Below, piece after piece: positions 21,840 to 31,492 of a stretch of 38,756 nt of DNA (the stretch's first letter is position 1; each line of letters opens with the position of its first letter). The stretch spans positions 1-38,756 of the forward strand of contig JAUVHP010000001.1 in assembly GCA_030593225.1 (NCBI GenBank). Direction: 5' to 3'. Source of the DNA: an archaeon (GTDB lineage Archaea > Nanobdellota > Nanobdellia > Pacearchaeales > GW2011-AR1). The notes beneath the pieces are model-generated. The model had not been told where the DNA came from, searched no databases, and was given only the letters and a program-made list of their open reading frames with translations. A program made the position numbers and the translations under genes.

Positions 21840-24133
21840 AAAAAAAACAAATTCAATTGAAAGTTACTGAGGCATTGCAGGACGATGTTTACAAAGGTAT
21901 TGTGAGAATTGATAATTCTATTATGAGGGAGATTGGAATTAATCGAGGAGATATTGTTTTGATTAGAGGTAATCGTGAAACTGTTGCAATGGCTGACAGG
22001 GCTTATCCTTCTGATATTGGTCAAGGAATTATTCGGATTGATGGAATTTTAAGAAGAAATGCTCGGACAGGTATTGGGGATGTTGTGGCAATTTCAAAAG
22101 CTTGTGTTAGTGAAGCAAAAAAAATTACAATTGCTCCTGCACAAAAAGGAATTATGGTTCAAGGAGAGCCAGAACATTTGAGACGAGGATTGTTGGGCCG
22201 AACTGTTGTTAAGGGAGATTTAGTTGTTTTAGGAGGTGTTCAGCGAAGGAAAGATTTATTGTCAGATGATTTTGGGGATTTGAATGATGTGCTTGGAAAT
22301 ATGTTTAATGGAATGGGGCTTGGAAATTTGGGAGGTGGAATTTCACAGATTAAGTTTAGTGTTGTTAATGTTAGTCCTACTGGTCCGATTATAATTACTG
22401 AAAAGACTGAAGTTGTTTTAAATTCAAAAGCAGTTGATATTATAGAAGATAGTATTTCTGAAATTAATTATGAAGATATTGGAGGGTTAGGTGAGGAGAT
22501 TAAAAAGATTCGTGAGATGGTTGAGATTCCTTTAAAGCATCCAGAGATTTTTGATAGACTTGGTGTTGAGCCACCAAAAGGTGTTTTGCTTCATGGTCCT
22601 CCTGGAACAGGTAAAACTTTATTAGCGAAGGCTGTTGCAAATGAATCAGAATCTAATTTTATTTTACTTAATGGTCCTGAAATTATGAGCAAGTATTATG
22701 GTGAGAGTGAGAAAAAGATAAGAGATATTTTTGCAAATGCTGAAAAAAATGCTCCGTCAATTGTTTTTATTGATGAAATTGATGCGATTGCTCCCAAGAG
22801 AGAAGAGGTGCATGGTGAGGTTGAAAGGCGTGTGGTTTCTCAAATTTTGACAATGATGGATGGGTTACAATCTCGTGGGAAAGTTGTTGTAATTGGTGCA
22901 ACAAATAGAGTTAATTCACTTGACCCTGCATTAAGAAGACCTGGAAGATTTGATAGGGAAATTGAAGTTGGAGTTCCTGATAAAAATGGGCGTCTTGCGA
23001 TTTTACAAATTCATACTCGTGGAATGCCATTGAACAAGGATGTTAATCTTAAAAATTTAGCTGGTTTGACGCACGGATTTGTTGGTGCTGATTTAGAATC
23101 TTTGTGCAAAGAGGCGGCAATGAATGTTTTGAGAAAAGTTTTGCCTCAAATAAAGCTTGACAGCGAGGAACAAATTTCTCCTGAGGTTTTGGAAAAGTTA
23201 GTTGTAAAATATAGTGATTTTATGGATTCTTTAAAAGTTGTCAGACCTTCGGCAATGAGGGAAGTTTTAGTTGAAACACCTAATATTAATTGGGATGATG
23301 TTGGAGGTATTGATGAAGTTAAAGAAGAATTAAAGGAAGCAGTTGAGTGGCCGATAAAATATCGAGATAGTTTTAAGAGAATTGGAATTAGACCTTCTAA
23401 GGGGATTTTGCTTTATGGTCCGCCTGGAACAGGTAAGACACTTTTGGCAAAGGCAGTTGCTAAAGAGAGTGAAGCGAATTTTATTCAGATTAAAGGTCCG
23501 TCGCTGTTATCTAAATGGGTGAATGATTCTCATAAAGGAATGCAGAAAGTTTTTGAAAGGGCTAGGCAGGTTGCACCTTGCATTATATTTTTTGATGAAA
23601 TTGAATCTCTTGCGTCAAAGAGAACTGTGGGTGACAATGGGTCAAGTCAAGAGGCGACAAAAGTTTTAAACCAAATGCTTGCTGAGATGGATGGGCTTGA
23701 GGATTTGAATGATGTTTTGGTTGTCGCAGCGACGAATAGACCTGATATGCTTGATACAGCTCTTTTGCGTCCAGGAAGATTTGATAGAGTGTTGCTTGTA
23801 AATGCTCCTGCTGAAGAAGGTAGAAAAATAATTTTAGATATTCATACAAAGAAAATGCCTTTGGCAAAAGATGTAAAAATTAATGAAATTGCAAGGAAAA
23901 CCGAAGGGTATACTGGTGCTGATTTGGAATCATTAACTCGTGAGGCAGGTATGCTTGCACTTAGAGAATCTATTGATTCAAAAGAGGTTTGTAAAAAACA
24001 TTTTGATGAAGCATTAATTAAAATTAAACCTAGTGTAACTAAAGCAGCGATTAGTGTTTACCAGAAGATTGAGGATAACTTTTTGCAGTCGGCAAAGGCG
24101 GCTATTATTCCTAGTGCAGGGTATTTAGGATAA
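21833..24133 (+). CDS. cdc48: Cdc48/VCP/VAT-type AAA+ ATPase (paralogue 1)
   Basis: N-domain motif, two AAA modules each with [15 protein letters not shown], Walker [10 protein letters not shown] / IIFFDEIES, and SRH RPGRFDR twice. Confidence 0.95.
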
Positions 24134-24222
24134 AATGAAAAACAAAAAACTTATAAATAAAAATATATACGCTTTGTGTATACAGAAATAAAATGGAAAA
24201 AAATGAATTAAATTTGGACACT

Positions 24223-24273
24223 CAAGGGTGTACTCCGAAACTTTTTTTACAAAAAAGTTTACTAAGGGCAAAA
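24223..24273 (+). repeat. Copy B of the conserved 51-nt element, ending at the hsp20-like start codon
   Basis: 44 of 51 bases identical to 10622-10672, ungapped. Confidence 0.6.
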
Positions 24274-24704
24274 TGAGTTTTTTTGATGACGATAATGAAA
24301 TTGGAATAGAAGATATATTTAGTCGTTTAACTGGTGGAGGTGGATTTAGAAGTAATTCTCGAAATGAGAGTTTTGTAGAAATTTCTGATTCTTCTGGTAG
24401 AAAGCAATTTGCAGAAGTGTTTAAAGAACTTCCTTGGAAAAATTTTCTTTTGGACAGAGTAGTTACAAAAAAAGCAATTCATTTTATTTTTGATTTTTCT
24501 TCTAAAAAAAATATTTTTGTGAAAGTTAAAGATGAGTTGATTATAAATAATTATAATAAAAAAATTTCTACTGGAAAAAAAGTTTTACTGATAGAAGAAA
24601 AAGGGGAGCTAATAACAAATCCTTTCTTGCTTGAAAATATTAAAACTTCTAAATTTGATTTTACTTTTAATAATGGTATCTTGGAGGTATCTTTTAAAAA
24701 ATGA
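24273..24704 (+). CDS. Divergent Hsp20/alpha-crystallin-like small heat-shock protein
   Basis: The C-terminal pattern [38 protein letters not shown] resembles the beta7-beta9 region of sHSPs. ATGA overlap with the following cdc48. The ATG at 24273 is preferred to the GTG at 24228. Confidence 0.55.
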   Translation: MSFFDDDNEIGIEDIFSRLTGGGGFRSNSRNESFVEISDSSGRKQFAEVFKELPWKNFLLDRVVTKKAIHFIFDFSSKKNIFVKVKDELIINNYNKKISTGKKVLLIEEKGELITNPFLLENIKTSKFDFTFNNGILEVSFKK

Positions 24705-27031
24705 AAGAAAGCAAATTATCTTTAGATATTGTTGAGGCAAAGCAGAATTTTAGAGATAAAAATATAGTATCCATTTCTACAGAAGATATGGAAGATCTTA
24801 AAATTTCTTCAGGCGATTTTGTTTTAGTGGGAAATAGTAACAAAATTGTTTTTAGAGTTATAAGAGGAGAGGATTTGCAAAAAGGAAAAATTGGAATAGG
24901 AGGAATTATTAGGAGTTCTTTGGATGTATCTTTAGAAGAAAAAATTGAAGTTTCGCCAATTAAAAAATTAAATAAAATTAATTCTTTTGAAATTGCAGTA
25001 TTGGAAAATTCGGAAGTATCTAATGATGATATAGAAAAAAACTTAATCCCTGCTTTAAAAAAAGAGGAAAATAAATCTTTTTTAAAGCAACAATTTGGAG
25101 GGAATGTGGTTTCTTTGAAACAAAGAATTAAAGTAATTTTTCCTGGAGGAATTTCTGTTATTTGCGGAGTTACTAGAATCATTCCAAAGAAATTTGCTTT
25201 TGGATGTTTCAATAATGACGTAAAAATTTTGATTTCTAGTTCAGTCGAGAAGGGATCTGGTGTTAATGTTTATTATGAAGATATTGGTGGCTTGAAAGAA
25301 GAGATAGAAAAAATTAGAGAGATGGTTGAATTTCCAATGAAGCATCCAGATATTTTTCAGAGGTTAGGTATTAGTGCTCCTAAAGGTGTGCTTTTAACTG
25401 GTCCGCCTGGAACTGGTAAGACTTTATTGGCGAAGGCAGTTGCAACTGAGACAGATGCTAAATTTATTTCTATTGCTGGTCCTGAAATTATGAGTAAATA
25501 TCATGGAGGGTCTGAGGAAAATCTAAGGGCTAAATTTGAAGATGCTGAAAAAAATGCTCCCGCTATTATTTTTATTGATGAGATTGATGCTATTGCTCCG
25601 AAGAGGGGGGAGAGTCACGATCAAACTGAGAAAAGAGTTGTAGCACAATTATTAACTTTGATGGATGGTTTGAAATCTCGAGGGCAATTAGTTGTTATGG
25701 CTGCGACAAATCGACCGGATGATTTAGATGAAGCATTGAGAAGACCTGGGCGGTTTGATAGAGAGCTTAAAATTAATCCTCCAACAGATGAAGGAAGAAA
25801 AGAGATTTTGAAAATTCATACAAGAAATATGCCGTTAGATAATAGGGAGAAAATTTTAGATGAGTTTTCTAAGAAGACTTTGGGATATACTGGTGCTGAT
25901 TTGGAAGTTTTATGTAAGGAGGCTGCATTAAGAGCGGTTAAACCTTTTTACAAGGAGTTGGTTAATTTTGGCGAGGAGTTAGAGTCTTCTGATGAGGAGT
26001 CTTCGATTAATTTGGAATCAAAAAAGCAAAAATTATTATCTTCGATTGTGGTGAATAGTGAACATTTTAATTATGCTTTGAGAAATGTTGAACCGTCGGC
26101 AATGCGTGAGGTTTTGATTAATAAGCCGAATGTTACTTGGGGTGATATTGGTGGTTTGGAAAAGGCAAAGGAAAAATTAAGGGAATTAGTTGAGTTGCCG
26201 TTGCTTCGTCCTGAGTTATTTAAGATGGCTGGTATTAAACCTTCAAAAGGTGTTTTGCTTCATGGTCCTCCTGGAACTGGAAAAACTCTTTTGGCAAAAG
26301 CAGTTGCAAATGAAGCGAATGCGAATTTTATTTCTGTTAAAGGTCCTGAATTAGTTAGCAAGTGGGTTGGAGAATCAGAGAAACATATTCGTGAGATTTT
26401 TAAGAAAGCACGGCAGGTTGCTCCGGCAATTATTTTCTTTGATGAGTTTGATTCAATTTCTAAAATGAGGGGCTCTGGTCTTTCAGATTCAACTGAGAAA
26501 ATTGTTAATCAATTATTAACTGAATTAGATGGTGTTGAGGAGTTGGAGAAAGTTGTTATTATTGCTGCGACAAATAGGAAAGATTTAATTGATGAATCAT
26601 TGTTGAGAGCAGGAAGAATTGATGCACATGTTGAGTTGCCGATTCCTGATAAAGTGACGAGGGAAGCGATTTTTAATGTTCATTTGAAGAAAATGCCTCT
26701 TGGTCCTGGCGTGGATATTAAGAAAATGATTGACAGAACAGAGGGTTGGACTGGGGCAGATATTGAAGTAACTGCTAGGGAAGCGGGAATGAGAGCAATT
26801 AAGAGAGTTTATGGGAAGAAAGATGTTAAGAAATTTGAGATTACAAAAGATGATTTTGATTTTGCTTTGAAGAGTATTGGAGAGCAGATTGGGAAAGGAG
26901 AGAAGGAAGAGGAGAAAAAAGAAATGGGAGAAGAGGAAATGCAAAAGATTATGAAGGAGATGGAGAAATCTAAGAGGAAGGTTGAAGAGAAAGAAGTTAA
27001 GAAAAAAGTTGTGAAGAAGAATTCTAAATAG
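24701..27031 (+). CDS. cdc48: Cdc48/VCP/VAT-type AAA+ ATPase (paralogue 2) with divergent N-domain and long Lys/Glu-rich C-terminal tail
   Basis: Two AAA modules ([15 protein letters not shown] twice, [25 protein letters not shown]). The tail reads [46 protein letters not shown]. Confidence 0.95.
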   Translation: MKESKLSLDIVEAKQNFRDKNIVSISTEDMEDLKISSGDFVLVGNSNKIVFRVIRGEDLQKGKIGIGGIIRSSLDVSLEEKIEVSPIKKLNKINSFEIAVLENSEVSNDDIEKNLIPALKKEENKSFLKQQFGGNVVSLKQRIKVIFPGGISVICGVTRIIPKKFAFGCFNNDVKILISSSVEKGSGVNVYYEDIGGLKEEIEKIREMVEFPMKHPDIFQRLGISAPKGVLLTGPPGTGKTLLAKAVATETDAKFISIAGPEIMSKYHGGSEENLRAKFEDAEKNAPAIIFIDEIDAIAPKRGESHDQTEKRVVAQLLTLMDGLKSRGQLVVMAATNRPDDLDEALRRPGRFDRELKINPPTDEGRKEILKIHTRNMPLDNREKILDEFSKKTLGYTGADLEVLCKEAALRAVKPFYKELVNFGEELESSDEESSINLESKKQKLLSSIVVNSEHFNYALRNVEPSAMREVLINKPNVTWGDIGGLEKAKEKLRELVELPLLRPELFKMAGIKPSKGVLLHGPPGTGKTLLAKAVANEANANFISVKGPELVSKWVGESEKHIREIFKKARQVAPAIIFFDEFDSISKMRGSGLSDSTEKIVNQLLTELDGVEELEKVVIIAATNRKDLIDESLLRAGRIDAHVELPIPDKVTREAIFNVHLKKMPLGPGVDIKKMIDRTEGWTGADIEVTAREAGMRAIKRVYGKKDVKKFEITKDDFDFALKSIGEQIGKGEKEEEKKEMGEEEMQKIMKEMEKSKRKVEEKEVKKKVVKKNSK

Positions 27032-27065
27032 TAAGTTTTTTATAGAGATTTTGTTGGGATTTTTT

Positions 27066-27641
27066 ATGAGAATAGAAAACATAACCTTTGCAATAGAATC
27101 TTCATTAATTAAAAAAGTTTTATTGGAAGAGTTGGAAAAAAAATATTGTTTTAAGGAAAAAAATTTAATTAATGGTGATTTTGGGGGGGCTTTTAATAAG
27201 GTTTGTTCTATAAGTGATAATAAAAATTCTCTTGTTGGAAAATTTATGCGTATAAATTCTTACCATTCCAAAATTAGCAAAAAATCTGAAGATGCTTCTA
27301 TATTAAATTATGAATATGAAATTCATAATGAATTATATGAAAATGATGTTAGAGTGGCTAAACCTGAAAATGTTTTTTTAGTAAATAAAGAGCGGTTTCT
27401 TAATCCTTTTGGTAAAATTTATTTTCCTGGATTAGTAATGCAGGATTTGGGCAGATTGACTTTAGATAAATTAGGAGGAAATGTTAAAAAAAAGGCACAG
27501 GAAATGATAGATATAGAATTAAAGAAGGCAATTGAATTAGGATTTATCCCTTTTCACGATTCTAGAAATGAGGGTAATTCTATTTGGTTTGAAGAACAGG
27601 TTTATTTGATTGATTTTACTTTTTGGAAGAGAAAGAAATAA
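27066..27641 (+). CDS. Small atypical protein-kinase-like protein (Bud32/RIO/Kdo-kinase size class)
   Basis: Gly-loop-like NGDFGGAFNKV, Lys in LVGKFMR, hinge GLVMQDLG, catalytic-loop-like FHDSRNEGN, and DFG-like YLIDFTF. These assignments were made by eye. Confidence 0.5.
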   Translation: MRIENITFAIESSLIKKVLLEELEKKYCFKEKNLINGDFGGAFNKVCSISDNKNSLVGKFMRINSYHSKISKKSEDASILNYEYEIHNELYENDVRVAKPENVFLVNKERFLNPFGKIYFPGLVMQDLGRLTLDKLGGNVKKKAQEMIDIELKKAIELGFIPFHDSRNEGNSIWFEEQVYLIDFTFWKRKK

Positions 27642-27712
27642 TTAGTTTGTCGTCACAATAACTTCATCTTTTACTAAAGTAATTTTTTAAACTATAGAAT
27701 TTTCTATAGAAT

Positions 27713-27862
27713 ATGATTTCAAGTATTCAATTTAGTGAGGGTGTGAAAGATAAACTTTTGATGATTAAACAGGATAAAGAAAGTTTTGAGCATATTATTA
27801 TTGGATTGATTAAGTTGTATGATAAACAGAAGAAAGAGAAAAGGGAATTGTTGATTGAATAA
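27713..27862 (+). CDS. Small antitoxin-like protein (49 aa), orphan
   Basis: SIQFSEGVKDKLLMIKQDKESFEHIIIGLIKLY resembles short archaeal antitoxin-type proteins. An 8-bp-arm palindrome lies just upstream at 27692-27709. Confidence 0.4.
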   Translation: MISSIQFSEGVKDKLLMIKQDKESFEHIIIGLIKLYDKQKKEKRELLIE

Positions 27863-27931
27863 TGTAAAGAAATGTATGAAGATGACCTTAGAATATGTAA
27901 TGAGTTGGAAGTTGTTGATGCTGATTTAGAT

Positions 27932-28834
27932 TTATTTTCTTCTTCTAAACATTACAACCCCAAATGCTCCAAGTGTAAGTGTTAAAAATAATGAAACTAT
28001 AATGCCTCCAGTTGTTCTCAAACCTCCAATAACTGCACCAGTTATTCTTGAGATTATGTTTTTATCTTGAATATTTTCTTGCAAGTTTATTGTATCTTCA
28101 CTACATTCTAAAATTTCTATAGGCTTATTTTCTATTGCAAAACATTCTGGATAAACTTTTGTACAAGTTCTTGTCATCGTCCCATTTAGATTACATTCAC
28201 TCCATTCTGTACATTCCCAATTAGTTATACATCCTCCATCTGTTCTTGAACTTTTATCATTAGAGGAGGAATCTTCTGAACTAATTATAATCTGAGTAAT
28301 TGTAATTTCTTTAGGTTTTGAAGTAAATTCTTTATCCCCAATTTTTGCTTTTAAGAAAGCTTGATGTGTTCCTGTGTTGAAATGTGCTGTATTAATAGTT
28401 ATTTCATAAACTAATTCAGTTGCTCCAATTCCATAACCATAGCCGTATCCATACCCATAACCAAAATCATATCCATAAGAATTATCTTGCCCATAACCAT
28501 ATCCGTAACTTCCACTATATATTCCAGATAGTTTTTTTACCATAACCCCGTTGCAGTTATCTCCAATAATTTTTCCATCAAGATTAAATGTGCAAACTTT
28601 ATCTCCAATGTTTAACATTAAGGATTTAATTGGTAAATATTTATCCATTGATTCAATGTTTAGCGTAGCTGTGAATGTTATTGTTTCTCCTGTGTTTACT
28701 TGATTAGCTCTTTTAATATCTAAATCTAAAATAAACGCTTGTGCTGGTCCTGTAAAAAGAATAATTGTTAAAACAAAAATACTTAACATGCTTGCAATTA
28801 TTTTATGGGAGTGTTGTTTTATTTTATTTCTCAT
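27932..28834 (-). CDS. Cell-surface protein: signal peptide, Ig-like region, Gly-Tyr repeat, Cys/Trp-rich module, C-terminal TM anchor
   Basis: N-terminal hydrophobic signal ending AQA, GSYGYGYGQDNSYGYDFGYGYGYGYGYG, CITNWECTEWSECNLNGTMTRTCTKVYPEC, and anchor IIVSLFLTLTLGAFGVVMFRRRK. Confidence 0.8.
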   Translation of the reverse strand: MRNKIKQHSHKIIASMLSIFVLTIILFTGPAQAFILDLDIKRANQVNTGETITFTATLNIESMDKYLPIKSLMLNIGDKVCTFNLDGKIIGDNCNGVMVKKLSGIYSGSYGYGYGQDNSYGYDFGYGYGYGYGYGIGATELVYEITINTAHFNTGTHQAFLKAKIGDKEFTSKPKEITITQIIISSEDSSSNDKSSRTDGGCITNWECTEWSECNLNGTMTRTCTKVYPECFAIENKPIEILECSEDTINLQENIQDKNIISRITGAVIGGLRTTGGIIVSLFLTLTLGAFGVVMFRRRK

Positions 28835-28886
28835 GCTTTTTTAAATGAAAATTTTATTTATAAACTTTATGGAAATGATTATTCTA

Positions 28887-28930
28887 GAGTAACAAAAAAG
28901 TTTATATAATCTTTTTTTGACTTTTTTGGA
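28887..28930 (+). promoter_or_regulatory. Duplicate copy of the GT2-operon promoter, followed only by an 8-codon ORF
   Basis: 38 of 44 bases identical to 29125-29167, including gtttatataat. Confidence 0.5.
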
Positions 28931-29124
28931 GGGAATATAATGAAATTAAAGATTTATTTGAAATAAGGCAAAATAAAGAAATAGCTTATTTTACTAAAAT
29001 TAAGTATGCTTCAAGATTTTATATTGGCAAGTTTAAAATTTGTAAAAGAATAAATAGGGAAGATATTAAATTTAATTTGAAAAATATAAATCCTTTAAAG
29101 AATTCTTGAAATTTCATTGGTTTT

Positions 29125-29167
29125 GAGTAATAACAAAGTTTATATAATGATTTTATGATTTTTTTGG
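29125..29167 (+). promoter_or_regulatory. Promoter of the glycosylation operon (TATA gtttatataat about 20 nt before the ATG at 29168)
   Basis: The position and the TATA-like box were read directly. Confidence 0.55.
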
Positions 29168-30100
29168 ATGGAGTATTCAATTATAGTTCCTGTTTATAAT
29201 GAGAAAGGGAATATCACTAAGTTAGACGAAGAAATTAAGAAAGTAATGAGTCGGTCTTCTAAAGAATTTGAAATTATTTATGTGAATGATTGTTCAACTG
29301 ATGATTCTTTGGATGAGTTGAAATCTTTGAATAATGTCACAATAATTGATATGAATCGGAATTATGGGCAAACAACTGCATTAGATGTTGGATTTAAATA
29401 TGCGACAGGAAAATACATAATATCTCTTGATGGAGATGGACAAAATGATCCTAAAGACATACCTAAATTATTTAAAAAAATGAGGGAAGATAATTTAGAT
29501 GTTGTTTGTGGTTGGAGAAAGTATAGGGCAGATAAATCTGGAATTAAAATTTTAACTAAAGTAGGCAGATTTGTAAGAAGAATTTTTATTAAAGATAATG
29601 TCCATGATACAGGTTGCACCTTGAGAGTTTATAAGAAAAAGGCAGTTAAATCTCTTGATTTGCAGGGAGAAATGCATCGTTATATTATGGCTCTTTTGAG
29701 ATGGAAGGGATTTAGAATTGGAGAGGTTATTGTTAATGATAGAAAGAGGGAGAATGGAGTTTCTAAATATGGGTATTCTAAAGCAATTAGAGGATTAATT
29801 GACTTGGGTTATATTTGGTTTATCCAAAAATATTCACAAAGACCTTTACATCTGTTTGGATATTTAAGTATGTTTTTTATTTTTATTGGAGGGTTATCTT
29901 TGGGGGAATCTATTTTTGCGAGAATTTTTTGGGAAACATCTTTGAACAGAAATGGTTTTTTCTTTTTGGGATTTTTCTTTATTATGATGGCTGTCATGTT
30001 TATGTGCTTTGGAATAATTATTGATTTGTTAATTAAAATACAATTACAAACATCATCTCATGAAAAAAGATATTATGTTCGTAAGATTATTAAAAAATGA
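29168..30100 (+). CDS. GT2 polyprenyl-phosphate glycosyltransferase (GtrB/ArnC/DPM1-like) with two C-terminal TM helices
   Basis: SIIVPVYNE, NDCSTDDS and DGDGQNDP motifs, plus a C-terminal hydrophobic pair. Confidence 0.9.
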   Translation: MEYSIIVPVYNEKGNITKLDEEIKKVMSRSSKEFEIIYVNDCSTDDSLDELKSLNNVTIIDMNRNYGQTTALDVGFKYATGKYIISLDGDGQNDPKDIPKLFKKMREDNLDVVCGWRKYRADKSGIKILTKVGRFVRRIFIKDNVHDTGCTLRVYKKKAVKSLDLQGEMHRYIMALLRWKGFRIGEVIVNDRKRENGVSKYGYSKAIRGLIDLGYIWFIQKYSQRPLHLFGYLSMFFIFIGGLSLGESIFARIFWETSLNRNGFFFLGFFFIMMAVMFMCFGIIIDLLIKIQLQTSSHEKRYYVRKIIKK

Positions 30101-31044
30101 AAACTATTTTAGTTACGGGGGTTGCGGGTTTTATTGGTTCTAGTGTTGGTAAGAAGCTTCTTGAGAGAGGGGATAGAGTTATTGGTGTTGATAATATGAA
30201 TGATTATTATGATGTTTCTTTGAAGGAAGATAGGTTGAAGATTTTAAAAGAATTTGAAAATTTTACTTTTCATAAATTAGATATTTCTGAAGGATTTGGG
30301 GAATTAAAGAAAGAGAAGATTGATGTTATTTGTCATTTAGCGGCACAGGCAGGAGTAAGGTATTCAATTGAAAATCCTCTTGCTTATCAAAAGGCAAATT
30401 CTCTTGGAACTTTGCAAGTTTTTGAATTTGCAAGACATAATAAAATTCCAAAAGTTGTTTATGCTTCTTCGTCTTCTGTTTATGGAAATAATAAAAATGT
30501 TTTATTTAAAGAATCAGAGAAGTTAGATGAACAGATTTCTCTTTATGCTGCGACAAAAAAATCTAATGAGTTGTATGCTCATGTGTATAATCATTTGTAT
30601 GGAATAGAAATGATTGGTTTAAGATTTTTTACTGTTTATGGTCCGTGGGGAAGACCTGATATGGCTTTGTTTAAATTTGTAAAAAATATTTTAGAAGGAA
30701 AACAAATTGATGTTTATAATTCTGGAAAAATGCAGAGGGATTTTACTTATATTGACGATATTGTTGATGGGGTGGTTTTGGCTTTAGATAAGAAATGTTC
30801 ATTTGAAATATTTAATATTGCACGAGGGGAGACAACTGAACTTATGGATTTTATTAAAGCTATTGAGAAGGCTTTGGGAAAAGTTGCTGATAAGAATATG
30901 ATGCCTATGCAGGATGGAGATGTTTTATTGACGAGTGGAGATATTTCGCATACAAAAGATGTTTTAGGTTATGCTCCGAAGGTTTCGGTCGATGAGGGTG
31001 TTAATAATTTTGTTAATTGGTATAAAGGGTATTATGGGAAATGA
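30097..31044 (+). CDS. NAD-dependent nucleotide-sugar epimerase (UDP-glucuronate 4-epimerase-like)
   Basis: Rossmann motif GVAGFIGS, SSSSVYG, catalytic YAATK. Confidence 0.9.
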   Translation: MKTILVTGVAGFIGSSVGKKLLERGDRVIGVDNMNDYYDVSLKEDRLKILKEFENFTFHKLDISEGFGELKKEKIDVICHLAAQAGVRYSIENPLAYQKANSLGTLQVFEFARHNKIPKVVYASSSSVYGNNKNVLFKESEKLDEQISLYAATKKSNELYAHVYNHLYGIEMIGLRFFTVYGPWGRPDMALFKFVKNILEGKQIDVYNSGKMQRDFTYIDDIVDGVVLALDKKCSFEIFNIARGETTELMDFIKAIEKALGKVADKNMMPMQDGDVLLTSGDISHTKDVLGYAPKVSVDEGVNNFVNWYKGYYGK

Positions 31045-31352
31045 GAAATTCTAAAAAAATATTTATTGGAGTGATATTTTTTATCATTCTTATTATATCT
31101 AGTATTTTCTTTTATTCTTCTAAAATTGAAAACTATCAAAATTTAAAATCATGTCTAATTTATGGGGAAGCAATCCATATAGAAAGTAGCACTAATATAT
31201 ACATGTCCAATAATAAAATAAATTATAATTGTGATGTCAATCCAACTAAAAATGTTTTTGTGGAGATTGTATCTCTTTTTGGAATAATTTTAGGAATATG
31301 TGTAAACATGATTTTAATTTATTCTTTTACAATTAAACAAGATATAAAATGA
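31041..31352 (+). CDS. Small membrane protein
   Basis: 103 aa with TM segments at the N- and C-termini. ATGA overlaps on both sides. Confidence 0.55.
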   Translation: MRNSKKIFIGVIFFIILIISSIFFYSSKIENYQNLKSCLIYGEAIHIESSTNIYMSNNKINYNCDVNPTKNVFVEIVSLFGIILGICVNMILIYSFTIKQDIK

Positions 31353-31492
31353 AAAAACAAAAGATTTTAATTTTGAATTATGAGTTTCCGCCTTTGGGAG
31401 GAGGTGCTTCTCCTGTGAGTTCTGAATTGGGAAAAGGTTACGCAGAGAGAGGCAATGAGGTTTCTGTTGTGACGATGGTGGGAAGGAGATGA
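31349..31492 (+). pseudogene. Truncated GT4 glycosyltransferase N-terminus (47 codons)
   Basis: MKKQKILILNYEFPPLGGGASPVSSELGKGYAERGNEVSVVTM matches the conserved start of GT4 enzymes, but the frame stops at 31490-31492, overlapping the start of the 751-aa gene. Confidence 0.7.

Noticed and set aside
24228-24272. GTG-initiated 15-codon extension of the hsp20-like gene
   Set aside because: The ATG at 24273 follows directly and the upstream part coincides with the conserved 51-nt element. It is kept only as an alternative (leader peptide) hypothesis in the findings.
27860-27862. In-frame TAA followed by an open frame as a hint of stop-codon reassignment
   Set aside because: Many well-supported genes in this window, including several of the glycosyltransferase genes, terminate at TAA at the expected protein ends, so the standard code fits.
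28425-28515. Tandem DNA repeat (ccataaccatagccgtatccatacccataacc..)
   Set aside because: This is the coding sequence of the Gly-Tyr repeat of the surface protein on the minus strand, not an independent repeat element.
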